Source: Haliotis rubra (taxonomy: Eukaryota). Taken from it: a stretch of 62,908 nt of DNA. Location of the stretch: NCBI RefSeq assembly GCF_003918875.1, contig NW_025767689.1, positions 310,001-372,908 of the forward strand, read 5' to 3'. Below the pieces are notes generated by a model that made no database searches, had not been told where the DNA came from, and saw only the letters and a list, made by a program, of their open reading frames with translations. The translations under genes and the position numbers were made by a program. Below, piece after piece: positions 47,230 through 62,400 of the stretch (position 1 is the first letter of the stretch; each line of letters starts with the position of its first letter).

Positions 47230-49770
47230 ACAAGTTCACCTGTATCCTTGTTTCCGCATGACGACCTCCTCATCGGGAATCATCTCAAGGTCCTGGCTCC
47301 TCATCATCAGATAAATCCATCAGAGTTGCTACAAAGGCCGAACATCTGGACTGAAGTATGGTTTCAGTCTGTTCTAAAATGAATGGGTGATCTGATAGCT
47401 TCTATCATCACTACATCGTCGCTTCAGAGTAATGATGAGATGGATGTTTCCATACCACAGAGAAGGTCCCTGCCAGGATTTATAGAGTTTTCTGCTAAAC
47501 CCTTTTGGCACTTTTGAACAGTAGAGCCAAACTGTGACTCCAACACGATATGGAGGCTCTGCTGACTTCCTTTGTCAAAATCAAGGTGATTTGTTTATAT
47601 GCTCTCGAGCAACCTTCACATCTCCCTCCTGAGCACCCTCTCACCCAGGTAATCTCCTGGTCATTGCTCAGTAACTTTAATCTTAAATCAGTATGAGTTT
47701 GAACAGGGAAAACCAGTCTTGTGAGGTTCCAACACATTGTCAATTGCAAACGCTGATTCCATCCCAAACACCATAAAATATGGAGAGAAACCTACTGAGC
47801 TAACCGCTTGGGAGCTCAATTTGCAACCAGCTAGAATTCTAGGCAACAGCTTTGGACATTTTTCTTGTTTCTTATCGCCATAAACCTGAGTGTTTGACCA
47901 AGCGCACCATTCATGAGTTCAGCATGGACTTTTGTTTTCTGTGATGGAAGGGCCAGTTTTCAATCTGCCTATATTCAACAATCGGTACACCTCGCTTCCA
48001 TTCAACAGTTTGGAGGTAAGCTCCTTCCCTCTCTGTCAGTGAGTATACTCTGTGGACATGAGTATCTGCTAAATGACTCTTGATCATATATCCACTTCAC
48101 ACTTCAAATGACTCCTTGCTTTTCAAATGAAGCATTCAGGCCATTTAGAATAGCTGCATCAATGCAAAGCATGATGCATTTTGAATCCCTCTGAAGATTC
48201 CTTCAATGGACCCATTGTGGTCGACATGCCACCACCTCTGAAAAACATCTACCACTGAGTAGAGGTTGTAAGAGTGCTATTAGCGATGAGATATATCTCT
48301 TTAGCGACTGGCAATCCACACAAAATACACCCAAGCACGTATCCTCACATACATTACCATACCCAATATCTCATCTGTCCTGATAAAATTTTAAGCATCT
48401 CCACCCATATGAGATGCTAAGTAAAGTTATCATGATAAGCATGCAAATTATTTCATACAATTCCTGAGGCATGGCAAGTTGTTTCACATGAGGATTCCTA
48501 AAACTTTCCCCTTGGAGCATAGAGATGATAAAGGCCATCCTTCATGAAAGTCTCAGCGGTCTCATCATCATCTGGCAACATCTGATACGAGATAATCAAT
48601 AATGCTCTGAACTTCTCATCAGCCAACTGTAGACTCTGCCAACAGTTGTTGTCAGACCAGTCTTCTCCATGTGAGTCATGGGAGAAATACGATGACACTG
48701 TTGTGACTCTTTCTCTTGTCGATTGTCATTGTCTGACAATGACAATATCAGTCATCTTCAATGTCGTCATAGTCATTTTGCAGGAGAGGATCATACTCCC
48801 CTTCTACATCAAGGCATCTGCATTGCCCATGCTTTTCACCATGACGGTAGATCACCTCATATAGTCATACTGAGTAAGCAGCAACAATGACCACCCTGGC
48901 TTTTTACCTGTAGGGTCCTTAATATCCTTCAGGTGATTTCAAGGCAGCTTGGCATCATTGATAACCTGAAGCTATTTGGAGCAAGATATAGAGTGGAAAT
49001 GTTTGACACCAGTCGCCAATGCCATGGCATTCCTTCATTGTGATGTGGTATTGGCGTTGTGTCTTATGTTCAGGCTCTTTCCACCATATGCTATTACTCT
49101 CGGCCTTCAGAGTCGTGTTGGCCAGTACAAAATCAATTGCAACAGCACTACTCTCAGTGTACAGTATGAAGGGGTTTGTTAAAATCTGGGAAAGCCAGGA
49201 TGGGAGAAGATATCACTGCTTCTCGTAACGTAACTGAAACGCCTTGTCAACCTCCTCTGATGACAAATGGAATGTCTTTACCAAGTAGTGTATTCAGGGA
49301 GACACTATGTGGGCATAGTCCTTAACAAACTCTGTAAAATTCACACAAACCCAAAAGCTTCTCAACTCTCTACATTCTTAGGGTTTGGGAAAGTTTCACA
49401 GCTTCAATCTTATTGGGATCGGTCTTGATGCCCTCCTTGGTTATCACATGTCCCAGAAGGCAACCTACCTTAAAGAGCAGAATTTGCATTTTGAGGGCTT
49501 CAGCTTCAAGTTAGCCTCCCTCAGCTTATCAAATACTGCCTTCAGATGTTCTAAATGTTCTTCAAATGCCTTACTACCTACACCAATATGTCATCATCAA
49601 GTATACCAAGGTGAATTTGAATGCCATAGAGAACAGGTTTGACATAAGATATGCAAACGAGCTAGTTGCAGAAACCAAGCCCATGGGCATACAATGAGCC
49701 ATCGATTCAACTTTTTACCTGACGGAACCGTGAAACTGGTGACATCTTGGCTGTCCTCATCAACAGATTT
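47230..49770 (-). mobile_element. Mirror copy of the Gypsy pol
   Basis: Reverse complement of 23300-25793 with many small indels. Confidence 0.85.
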
Positions 49771-50219
49771 ACATCATTGAGTTTAACAACGGTCACATCT
49801 CAAATTCCAAGGGCTGTTGCTCTAGTTAATCTGGAAAATATATTGTGTTTGTGTCATTTCTATGATTGGATGTTATTACTGGTTGGGAAGTCAGAATATA
49901 AATCTTAGCTACAGGTAAGTTTCCTCCTTTTAAACTCTTAGTGGTCAAAATATAGGTTTTCATCTATTTCTATATTGTTTCATTAAATTACACAAATTGT
50001 TGTTTTCATGATGATGCACAAAATGATTTAGGTGTTCATTTACTGACTGTTTATATAAATCATAGGCTGCTGAAATATTCACATTTGTCCGTAACTCTAA
50101 ATATCTTAAAGCACCGTTTAGTGCTGTTCTCTGTTTCATTCCTACTTTTAGCCAGTTGTTTACATATAGCCTGCTCGTCTGAGCACTTACACAAACCTTG
50201 TTATATCCCTAGGCAGGTG

Positions 50220-53200
50220 AACACCAATGACGGCGTTGCCACAAGATCATCATCAACCGGAGCAAAAGATAAACAAAGCGAAATTGCTAACAACCCAGGC
50301 AAGTGATAAAGTGTTACAATCGTTGATTGGCGAAGTCCGTTTGATATCTCGCAAAAAGTGAGACAGTTCAACGCTCCAATGATAACGTTGTGGATAAATT
50401 AACTGTCATTGAAGATACCTTGAAAAACGTGTCTGATCAAGTTAATGGGGAAACAAATCAACGTTGTTTTGCGTTGTAGGAAGAAAACACGGAACTTAAA
50501 GGGATAATCAAATCGATGGATGAAAGAATAGATTATCTTGAGAACCAGAGCAGAAGATCCAACCTAATATTTCATGGTGTTCAAAAATCCAAACCCGGTG
50601 AATCGTGGACAGATTGTGAAAATATTGTGAATACAATCTTAATTGATGATCTTAAACTTACTGACATTAACATACAGAGAGCACACCGTATCATGAAAGG
50701 AAAGGCTATTATAGTCAAAGTCGGCGACGACAAGGATAAACACTCTATACTGAAAGCATCTAAAGTGTTGAAAGAGTCAAACAGCGATGTGTTTATTACT
50801 GAAGATTTCCCACAACTTGTCCGTCAAAACGTAAGAAACTGATTCCGTTTATGATCAAGGCCAGGGAAAATGATCGTATGGCACAATTGCGCTTCGATAA
50901 ATTATGTATTGAGGGACAATGTTTACACTTACGATGTGACGTCAGATGTTGTCATCACGGTAAAACGGGGGAGAAAGGCAGGCATTGAGAGTGAAACGCA
51001 TGCACTTGAAATCGACAACACGCACGCCTAGCAGGGCCCGGCCCAACAGACACCAGCTGACGACAGCTCTGGTTCGTGGTTGAGATTTACATCTTGGAAT
51101 GTGCATGGACTCGTGCATAAACTGCAAGATGGTGATTTTTCTCGGTTATTGTTTAAACTTTGATGTAATTGGATTTGTGGAAATTTGGAATAATGTCACT
51201 CTTAAAAATATCACATCAACATTTAGAAATCATGTTGTAAATATCAATCAAAGGACATTCAACAACAGAATTGGTGTAGCTATATGTGTTAAACAAACCG
51301 CAAGTGAACATATAAAGAAGGTTTGGAATAGTTTCATTGATTGCATCTTTGTTTTATTTGATAAATCTTTATATGGAACATCGCATCACGTTCTGTGCGG
51401 ATAATGTTTATATCAACCCAGTTAACTCCTCAATCAAAAAGTGATCCAAGACCGCTAAAAGGAATTGGCTATTTAGAGCAATGTTTGTTGTCATGTATAT
51501 CAGATGTAGACGTTTCAGATATTCGTTTCATTTTGATGGGGATTTTAATTCAAGGACGGGAGACCTTAGAGATTTCATCATTCACGATGACAACCAACAT
51601 ATACCTAGTTTGGAAGATATGGAATATAATGCTGACAACTTTCACCATCCAGGAATAATGTCGACAATATTACAAATTCGTATGGACGAGATCTGATAGA
51701 TTTGTGTTGCGCTCACAACATACACATGATGAATGGGCGAAGTAGATCTGACCCTCGAGGGTGACATGACTTGTTTTCTCACAATGGCTCCAGTATGGTG
51801 GACTATTGCATATGTTCAACTGATATATTTGACATGGACCATGACTTCATTGTAGAAACTCGTTGTGAATCTGACCACCTACCCATCGTACTTACCTTGT
51901 GTATACCACATACTCCCCACAGATGTGATGGGGACAGTGGCAGTGTGCAACGTTTGTTAGATATAGGTGGAAAGAAGAACAGAAACCATTCTTTGTTGAA
52001 CTTAAATACTGGACTCGAGAACTTTACAAATGACGCCATTGAGGATGTGAATGACGCGGCACATAAGTTAACAGCATGTATAACATCGTGCGCAGATAGA
52101 TGTAACATGCGATTTTTGGAAACCTTTCACCATATAAGCCCTACAACGCCAGCTGGCATGACGAAGAATGTAGAAACCTGGAAGCAGCTGAAATATACTA
52201 ACTTAGATTGTTTTAGATCAGCTGGGGAGCTACATTTCTGGTCAGAATTTCGAAGTCTACGAAACTCATATCGACAGCTATGTCGCATCAAAAGGGAAAA
52301 TTATGAGGAAAATAAGGTTAACCTGTTATCGTCTAATTCTAAGAACTCAAAGTCGTTTTGGAGCCAAGTTAAACGCCTAACAACGGATAAAATCAACTGA
52401 TATCAACTCTATATCGGCAACACAGTGGGTCGATTACTTCGAAGAAGTAATGAATATAAGTGATGAGAATACGGATCAAGACCATGTCAGAGAAGCCAGT
52501 ACATTTCTTGAAAATCACGATGAACATAATTGCTATGCATGCAATAGTGATACCATTAATAATACTCTGAACTGTGAAATCAAGCATAATGAAATTGTTG
52601 ATGCCATTGACAATCTGAAGGACGGTAAAGCTCCTGGTCCTGATGCAGTAACTCCAGAAATGATAAAATGTTGTAAAACTGAATTATTGCCATTATTTCA
52701 TGCATTGTTTAATAATATTTTGAACAGTGGTAATTTCCCTATAGAATCGGCTAAAAGGACTGGTTATACCGCTTCACAAGAAGGCAAGAAGACAGAGGTT
52801 AATAATTATAGAGGGATAACGCTTAGTGATGTCATGGGGAAATTATTTACGTTTATATTAAACAAGAGGGTTGACAAGTTTTTGTCATCAAGTATGACAA
52901 GATTCCTGAGTCTCAGGCTGGGTTCCGTGCTGGATATAGCACTGTTGATAATATTTTCAGTTTACAGTGTCTATTCCAAAGTATATCTTGAAAACTAATG
53001 GTCGTTTTTATTGTTTATTCGTTGATTTCAGAAAGGCATTTGATTCCATTAATCGTAAATTATTGTGGTTCTCAGTTTTTTAAATAAAGGTATTCATGGT
53101 AGAATATTTACAGTATTATTGGACCTGTACTCCCAAAGTTAAATCTGCTGTTAAACTGTGAAATAGTTCCATTTCTCATTATTTTGATACTTTAAGTGGC

Positions 53201-54152
53201 GTAAAACAAGGGTCTATTTTAAGTCCTTTGTTGTTCTCTCTTTTGTTGTTGAGTTGGAAACTATGTTACAGGAATCGAATGTCCGAGGTACATTTGTTGG
53301 TCAAGAGTTTCGTGATATTTTATCTTTATTTTATGCTGATGATCTGTGTGTTTGTTTGATGATAGTGTGATTGGTCTAAAAAGAGAAAAATAGATATATT
53401 GGAGCAGTTTAGTATGAAATGGGGTTTGGATGTCAATTTAGATAAGACTGAAATTCTAGTTTTTAGAAATGGTGGCAAGTTACGGTTTTCTGAAAAATTG
53501 ATGTTTGGCAATAAAACTATTAAGACATCGACCTATTATAATTATCTTGGGTTAACGTTTTCTAACAGGTTATGTTGGTCAAAAGGTATTGAAGTTCTTG
53601 TTCAAAAAGCATCAAAAGCCCTAGTATCCGTTAAACAATTAGAGCGTAAGTTTCAGAATATTTCTTCTTTAGTCTTATTCAAGATATTTGATGCTCAGAT
53701 TAAGCCAATCTTACTCTATTCTAATGAAGTGTGGGGCCATTCAAAGTTTGAAGGCATCGAGCGTTTTCATGTTCAAGGTGGGAATTGCCTTTAATGATAA
53801 ATGTTAGTGGAGCGTTGTGGTTATTGGTCGCAATGAACGATTTTATGGTATGTATGAATGGATGTATAGAAGATGAATACCATTTTCTGTTAATATGTAA
53901 AAGTTTATTTCATTTAAGACAAAAGTATATTCCTGAAAATGTCTGGAAATATCCCTCTATTTATAAGTTTAACATGTTATTAAGTTGTGACAAAGTAGAT
54001 ATCTAATTAACCTTAAAATTTGTAAAAGAAGCTTTAAGGTTAAGAAGTGCTTAAAATGTATCTAACCATTTTGTCCTTGCATTATTATTTGTGAGAGTTT
54101 TGTGCTTGAGCTATGGCTATACAGAATAAAAAGAATTTGAATTTGAATTTGA
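50220..54152 (+). mobile_element. Mirror copy of the LINE
   Basis: Reverse complement of 18054-22475. It shows GKAPGPD and SDHLPI, with the (GAATTT)n tail at ~54132-54152. Confidence 0.88.
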
Positions 54153-54237
54153 ACAACTCGACATAGTTCTCCGTTGGAAAAACATCGTCCTTAAGAGAGA
54201 TAGGTGATATGGATGCGCCATGTTGATTTACAGAACA

Positions 54238-56437
54238 GGACCCAGGATTGTGTCAGCTTGTGATTAATGTAATCATCAGTTAAACACTAAATCATTGATT
54301 AAAATTCTTAATGTTTGTTTTCAGTTAAATGGAAGTAATTTTAAATACGGATGTATAAACCCACTTCTATTTAAACACCCATTAACTTTAAAAGTATACT
54401 ATCTAATAGAAAAGGTCCCATTATTAAACCATGATTAACTTGGGGAATCCTAATTATCCATGATGCAGGTGCAACACTCATCTATAGTCTGCATAATGAC
54501 TGCCGTCAAATCGCAGTAAAACTTTGAAAGTTGAAATACAGGTCCTAGTTGAAGATCATGTCCGGTGTGTTAAACAGCAAACTGACTAACTCCATTACTA
54601 ATGACAAAAGAACCACATATAGGGACCAAAATAACGTCTGAGCTCCAATAGCATTGGGGTAAGCAATAGAGCATCCAAAGAAATCAATACAAAATGGAAC
54701 AACATGTTTCCAAAATGCAAATATAAAAGTGTTTTCAGACAGAATATGGTCTACTACACATAAATGTGTCAATTTCTTATATGTAAATATTATTCAAACA
54801 ATCAAAAACGTTAAAAATATAGTGAGATGTTATACCCTATATCCACGTATGATATGATATTAAACAAAACTAAATGTAGATACTGAAGTTGGTTTCATGA
54901 AAAAATATCTGAACTATACGCAAAATACACATCATAATACTGACGAATTGAAATCGGAAGGATGAGGGCGATTGTGTTTACACTCTTGTTCAGCCGACTA
55001 TGCCTCAAAGAAGTGCCTAATATGTGCAACAAAGGTTGATGACATCACTATTGCTGACCGATTTCTTACAAAATGGCGACTTCGCTGACAAGGGTACACA
55101 GGATGGCCGAGGACTCTTCCTGATTCAGGGATCATTTGTACATAAATATGTGATGTAAAGTTATCAGAATTATTCTGACTCTCAATGTGTATTGTTATAT
55201 GTTTTATAGTTTTCATTGGATAAATAAGAAGAAGCCAGAAATGCTGATAATTACCGTTGTCGTTCTGTGTTTATTTTGCATCGATCGTGGCGTCGCTGCA
55301 TAGGAAATGATAAATTCTTATGATTATCAAATCAATGCAGTGTATCAGTTTTAGTTTCCTGTTTCTTGGCACGTGCTCGTACCATGCATATTTCCTAAAG
55401 ATAGTGAGCCATTTACCAGAAGCCCTAAAATGGACGGCTGGATGTCGGACAGAATTTCCAGAAAATGCTACGCAGTGTAAAATCGGATGTTTTCTTTGTT
55501 TACATTTCCAAAACCAAGTGCAATCTTTCGAGTACAATGTTCGTTTTCACCCCAATATCTTTCCATTCATTTCATCTAGACCAGTTGGAATTGGTGACAA
55601 AGACCATTTGATTCCAAAATGTAGGGAATTCACTGGTGTATTTCTCGCAATGAATATGAAATATACGTGATGTGGTGGTGTTTCAATACCGGCCTTCGCG
55701 AAACGTGATTTTGTAAAGCAGTGCATCCAATATGGCGGAAAAGAAACGCACTTCGGCGTTTGTGTAAAGTGTATTTTCGAAAACATCCCAACCGATTCTT
55801 GGTTCATCGGCAACGTTTCAAGAATTATCATTAGTGATTTTATGAAAGAGCGATCAGTGATCATTACTATGCTATTTTGAAATTCTATGTTCCCAGTAAT
55901 TGTCAAGTACTACATTTCAAAACTTACAACAAATAACTCTGTGAATCGCGATTACATATTGTGTCAAAAAGCAACATGACGAAGTCCATTTGAAAAGTTA
56001 TTTTAAGCACTTTAGTTTTGTCTGATTTGTAAGTGGATGGTATCGAAACAGTGAATTTCCGCAGAATTCAAAACTGAGAGTATATTTGTATATATATATG
56101 TGATATATTTAGGAATTTTATTGAACTTCAAAGTGAGGGTTAAGAGGAAGGACATATATGTCCCTGTGGCACCAATTGGGATAATCCGTTCACGAAAATG
56201 TTTTTCTTTTCTCCGACGTCGAGATTGATGGTACATTATGTCGTCTGCCATGTTGATACAGCTAATGATGAGTTAATGAAACACAAACCATCATTGAAGC
56301 AGTAATTATATGGATTAATGAGAAGGATTCCTTTATTAAAGGACTTCATGCAACTGAAGATAATCAATGATTGATTAACTAATCATAGTTTAATTAACGA
56401 TTAAAGCTTTATTAAGGAGTTTGATACAAGCCGGGAC
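54238..56437. mobile_element. Mirror copy of the Harbinger element
   Basis: Reverse complement of 15794-17968, including both TIRs and MADDIMYHQ (ORF 56012-56251). Confidence 0.8.
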
Positions 56438-59400
56438 CAGATGGATCAAATGTTACCATGGACACACGTGATCTACGAGGGCAGCGGGATAACGTCATTC
56501 AATTGTTACGTCATCAAAAACTATACCTTTATTGTCTGATAATGTTTTTGGTTTTCGATTGTTCCTATTTCGCTAGGCATCTTAGAAAAATTGTGAAATT
56601 ACACTAACATTTTGGGGTGTAAATCAATTATTGCAATTGTTGAGCCATTTATTGATTTTCATTGACTTCAAACTGCAATGCAAATTTCAGTTCGTCAAAA
56701 TGAAAATATAATTTATTAAGTTATATTTAATTGATTTTATTGAAAAAGACGATGAACAGAGCTTTTAACATAACTAAGCATATCATATACCTATAGTCTT
56801 TATTATCTGCTATAAACATTCTGTTTTAAACCAGACCAATTGTATTTCTTGTTTTAAAGAGTTTTGAAATCACTCAGGTAACGAAGAAAAACAAATAGAT
56901 CACCGATCAAAGTAATATTCATAAATAATGAAAGTATTTTATTGAGCTAATGAGGGCAAGCAAAATAAAAAGAATAACTAACAATTTGACCAGAGACTGA
57001 CACTGGCCGGCGTATTCTTGAAATACGACCGTGAATCAATTAAACTGAAAACAGTCTGTTCTTTAAAAAGAACCTAACTGAAATAACGGTACAACTTTCT
57101 GATATAATGGTGTAATCTTGAATATTTTGAATAAATAACCACAATTATGGACTTCCAGTGGGCAGGCTTTCAGACACTGGCATTCCATTGTAGTGCGAAA
57201 ACATCCGTGATGCGGAACAAGGGTCAGCATTGCATGCCCCTCCGGAGCGTAAATAAGATGAAACTATCGTGCTGCTGGTCTGGTGCATAACGGCGCAACC
57301 TATTTCATCGATTCAACGTCCGCCGTTTTGGCACTCTGCTGGCTGTTGCAAATATCGAGATTATCGAACGGTCCCCAATAACTGAACCGCCCGCCATTTA
57401 ACCCATCTCAATGAACGACAATTCAACCGCACGACTCGGTTCTGGTATGCCTGACTGCAGCTGCGAAGATTGTTGACCGACTGTCTATGGCGTCGTTGGG
57501 CTCGCCAGCTCAATATTGACCGGTCTGAAAGTGGTCGGGGCGCGGAACGATGAGAACACGTTACTACCGGGGAAGCGACGGCTGGAACAACGACTATGTC
57601 TCGAACCCTCAGCACAATGGTGCGAGTTCTATGACTGTATGTCGATGATCTTCCCCGGGACGCTTCGTCAGTGTTCGAAATATTGTGGTTAAGGTGCCGG
57701 ATGTGGTTGGTTGGCGCACTCGCTTTCTGACTTTATTATTGGTGCCGAACCTGCTCTTTGTTGGCTCATCTGCATATTCCAGTGCAGTCATCGACGATCC
57801 TGACGTAACATTGGCCACTGAAGCAGTCTTAGCTCTAACATCGCTTTGAAGCGCAATGGCACCCGCAATTGTGAACTAAACTGTTGATTTCGTTGAGACT
57901 GATAACGTTGATCGGCCTTGGTTGGCGGACGACGTTAATAACCAGCCGGTGACGGTACTGCACTCGGTCGACCATCATATGTCATATTGACCCGGTGAAC
58001 TAAAGTGAAACGTAATACGCTATTCGAGATTTCCATTTTCATTATTTATGCAGGGGTGACTTGAGCTTTCTTTTAGGTAGGTCTTTTGAACGGGCTGAAA
58101 ATTGTAATGGCTGCAATGGGGTAAACCATTGCTTGACTGTTGCTGTTCTTCTGATGGCAACCTAGTGTTCAGCGTTGACTAAAACAAAGACCCGGTGATT
58201 CACAGGCTTTATTATTGTTCTGGTCGGCTGCTGGAGATATTATGGCGGCGACAAACTCGGTCGATCGATCGATCTAATCTCGAGGTAGTCAGCTTTAACT
58301 CATCGAACTTGCGGTTAAATGTGGCATTATGTCTTATCCCCTGCCGTGATATTATGAAGATATTGTAAAAGCGTGTTGAAGCCCAACAAACAACTCTGAT
58401 CATCAAATGCGTGTCTTATCGTAGTGTATGTTCTGTTGAGAAGCAACATCGACCATTTCGCGACACAGCTGAGGAGATCTCTGAAGAACTAGGCATTTTG
58501 CGCCTTAACGACGATGAATGCGCGATACTAACTATAAGTTGTTTAGCAAATCATGTTGAAGATGATGCCAGAAATGATATACGTGACCGAACCTTCGATG
58601 AACACTCAGATGACTAACGGCTGGTGGTGCCGAAGTGCGAACTGCTGGCTGTCTTGTACCAAATTTCTTCGCGACAATGAGATAATGAGCCTGTGGGTGG
58701 TGGTCTGGTATCTCTCTGCCTTGCGAGAAACCGGACTTCCGTCGGAAAGCGATGATGACAGTCATCACCTAAGCCGTGTTCAGCGCGATGAATATTGCAT
58801 TCGCATGACTCTGAACGGCATTCTATCCGGTGATAACCGTTGAGCCTGCGTGTTGTGTCTTGCCCGGTAGGTTCTACCCTCCTGAGAACAGAATTGAAGG
58901 CGATTCTAATTACCGCATCTCGCCGGCATTACTGATTCTTTAACGCTCTATCGGCGTCGACTATCGAGACAACCATTACGAACAGAAAGCACCCGGAACA
59001 TGGTGACTTGTCCAACGAGGAGCAGTATTATTGGTCTGCTTCGCCGAATATTCCTGTCGAACGATGTAATCCCGCTATTCGCTTTGAGATGAGGCGCCAC
59101 CTCCAAGTATTATTATCTCGCTCGAGGATGACCGTAGTCCAACGTCATTTTCGGGTGTGCTACGTACCTCGCAAAGACGAACATTTCGATAACGAAGACA
59201 CTCCGGTCGTCAACGAGAACTCAGGCGATTCAAACGATAAAGCTGAGTTTTATATTGACGAAGGAACCGGTGAACTTTGGTATGATAAGGTATTCTTTAG
59301 GATGAACGCTCGTCCATTCGGCTTCGTGGTATTCAACAGGCACTCGGTAACAATCGAATGGACTATGCGTGCTGTTATTCTCGTTGAGATTTCTTCAAAT

Positions 59401-62400
59401 GCTGCTGGGGATTTGAATAAACAGTTTTGAGTCCTTTCGATCGGTCAAGCTGATCTCACCGCTTCTACTGTTCGGAGTTTTCATATTTATCTTGTTTCAT
59501 ATAGTCGTGTTGTCGCTGGCGGCTTTGGCACGGGCGTGGACGGAAGTCGATGCTGACTTGTCGCGGTTACGTGGAACTATCGGTCGTCTGATTGACTTTG
59601 TCGGTCTCTGTTTCACAGTCTGTTGCTCTTATCTGATTGACCGATATTGAAGTTGGCATTTCTTTGTGTGTCTGACGAATGAACGGCATTCGAATAACTG
59701 TTTTCATAGGTCGGCTTTAGATCTAAATCTGGTACAGTATCATTGAGCTAACTAAGACATAGTGACTGTCGTGAGATGCCGCAACATTTATTGATAACTG
59801 CTGATTCTCCGTCGTACCAACGACGGTGCGCTCTAGCATAACGTCTGTTTTGTTAATGATGACTTTGATACTTTAAAGCTCTTCATTATACTGATGATGT
59901 CTATTAACTTTCCTCCTGAACGTTGGATACCGCGTGTATTACGTTTGACATATACGCATTTCTCTTGAAGACCTCCGTTACTGTGCCGCGAGATGATGGT
60001 ATTGTTGTTTTGTAAACTTTACATTCAAAATATATGGTCACAACTTTGTCATGGTAAATGAACATTTAAATATCTTGTATGTGTTAATGATGCAGTGAGT
60101 TTTGCGTCATTAACTGACTTCTCATAAAATTCCTTCAAGCTTCGCTGCGGCATGGTGTCTCGGTGGGCTGGCGCTATGAGCCATTCAGGGGTCTGGTGGT
60201 ACGGCGGCGTGCGGCGTAGGTATTGTTGGAAACGGCACGGCGCTGGCGGACTTAAGCTGTTTTATAGTGCTGGCTTACTGGTATAACTGCGATAACTTGA
60301 ATACCTCGGGCATTATCGACCGGAACCGACGGTCTTTGTTGTTGCCGAATGTCGGCATGGCGGAGACCAACGTAATATTTTAACGTCTTAGATCGCTTCC
60401 GCGACGCTAAACTCTCGACTGATTCCATAACCACCACAGAAGCGCGATCAATAACGCTGTTCTTTAAACGGCTTCTCTTCAGAATCTGCGGCTTCTACGA
60501 GTTTGTCAGCGCATCGGACAACGTTGTTTACCACGTACAATTGATGACGAAATAACGACTTAGTCGGTGATGATCGGCGCAATGAACATGGAACGGCTGT
60601 AAATCGTTTTGAACTGTCTCGGCTTATCGCAGAAGTGAGGCGTGGTATGCGAGGCTGTATTTGTTTCGAAGTCGGTCGCCGAAACCGGGTGAATTAGAAG
60701 AAGTTTAACCACCAGTGTGTTGTGTCGTGGTGGCGGGAAGGTATTGATGGTGAAATATGAAAATTGACGTGACATGCATCGCTGGACTTATGTATCTTTA
60801 TGACCCGTGGAAAAATGAGAATAAGGTACGGCGACTGTTGTACCGTGAAAAGAAGGTCTGGCTTCAATTCAATTCTACGAACAGGTTTATCTTACAAATC
60901 CCCGATCGATAATTAAGAGGATGGACAGTTAATAATCTGAAAGTTGAATGAGCCGGACACAATAGTTCGGTGTATACGGCGTGCTGTCGAAGGTACAGAA
61001 AACTGAGTCATGATCGGAATTTCATCGAAATATTAACTATGAAAAGATGCAAAAGAGATGTCAAATACGACGTACATACCGAATGCGCTTTCAATTTTTG
61101 GATAATTCAATCCTCAAGAGGAAACGGCTGTTTGTTCAAACAATGTCATCGCTTGAACAATTTTGCGGAACTGAACGCTCCACAAATAAACAGGCAAAAC
61201 TGGACAAATACGACAACTGTCCGGGAATGCAAACAAAGGATCTGGAGGACACTGTTTCTCTACGTTCCATTGTTGTCGAATAAAAGATAATGTTTACTGA
61301 ATCGAAGGAAAACTGTAACGCCGATCTGAAATTATATTGATGTTGGCTTTGAGATTGTGCGGTCATGATGCTGCATCTGCAGATCGGTTTGTCGATATGT
61401 TGTAATTTCCATTGCGTTAACTTTCGGTTGATTAAAGAAAACTTTGTGACTTTCGAAAACCGAGTTTGAGATGGACGAAGGTATATATATCGAATAAATG
61501 CACGGCTGTATTATAAACGTGTTTAGTTTAATGAACAACGGGTGGCATTCAATTCCATTTTTGAACAAAACTAAAAAGCCGATGATGACATGAACGATAA
61601 ACCTATGATGTTGGAGAAACGATCAATAATGAAATGCATCGAGTGGTTCTGTCGTTAGCGCTGACGAGAGGATATGAAGCATGGATCTGATGATGATGAT
61701 TTGAAGATGAACGAAAAGGGACACTACGGTGTACGCAAGTTGCATAAACAATGGTCGTACTCATTATCCGCAATGATCGTGCGGCGTTCAGAAAACATTA
61801 CTGAAGATGGCTAATTATTGAAGATTATTGACCCGGTAACGATGTAACAATGAACGCGACGAAAACCGGTACTGAACTTCCAGCATGACATTTAATGAAG
61901 TGGTTGCAATGATCGCTTCATCGGCGAACCAAACATATTGATATATTCCTTGTTGGGCTGTGTTTACAGATTCGGTAAACGTGATATCGGAATGAACTGC
62001 CTTAACTGTGGATAGGCTACTGCTGGCACTGGTTATTCATCGAACTTATGAAGATTTTCACAATGAACGAGGAGTTCGGCAATCATTTGAATGCGTAATG
62101 TCCGAAAGGCAAATATTGAGTATTACAACGCCTAACACTGAACAGTTGAGACAAACGGCGACTTCGAACGCAAATTGGTGGAGCTGAACGTCAATGACTC
62201 GCTTTTGATACCTTCGTCGGCATTAACGGGCGACAATTGCATTATTTTGTAAGCTCGTAAAGTGAACAGCGGTAAAATGGTAACCGGTGAACAGTGGCGA
62301 ATAACAATGACTGGGGTGAAATATTGATGAATAGTAGTTCTTAGAAGATGTAATGAAGATCGAGAGAACTGAAACAGCCAGTGTTAAAGTCCGTACAGAA

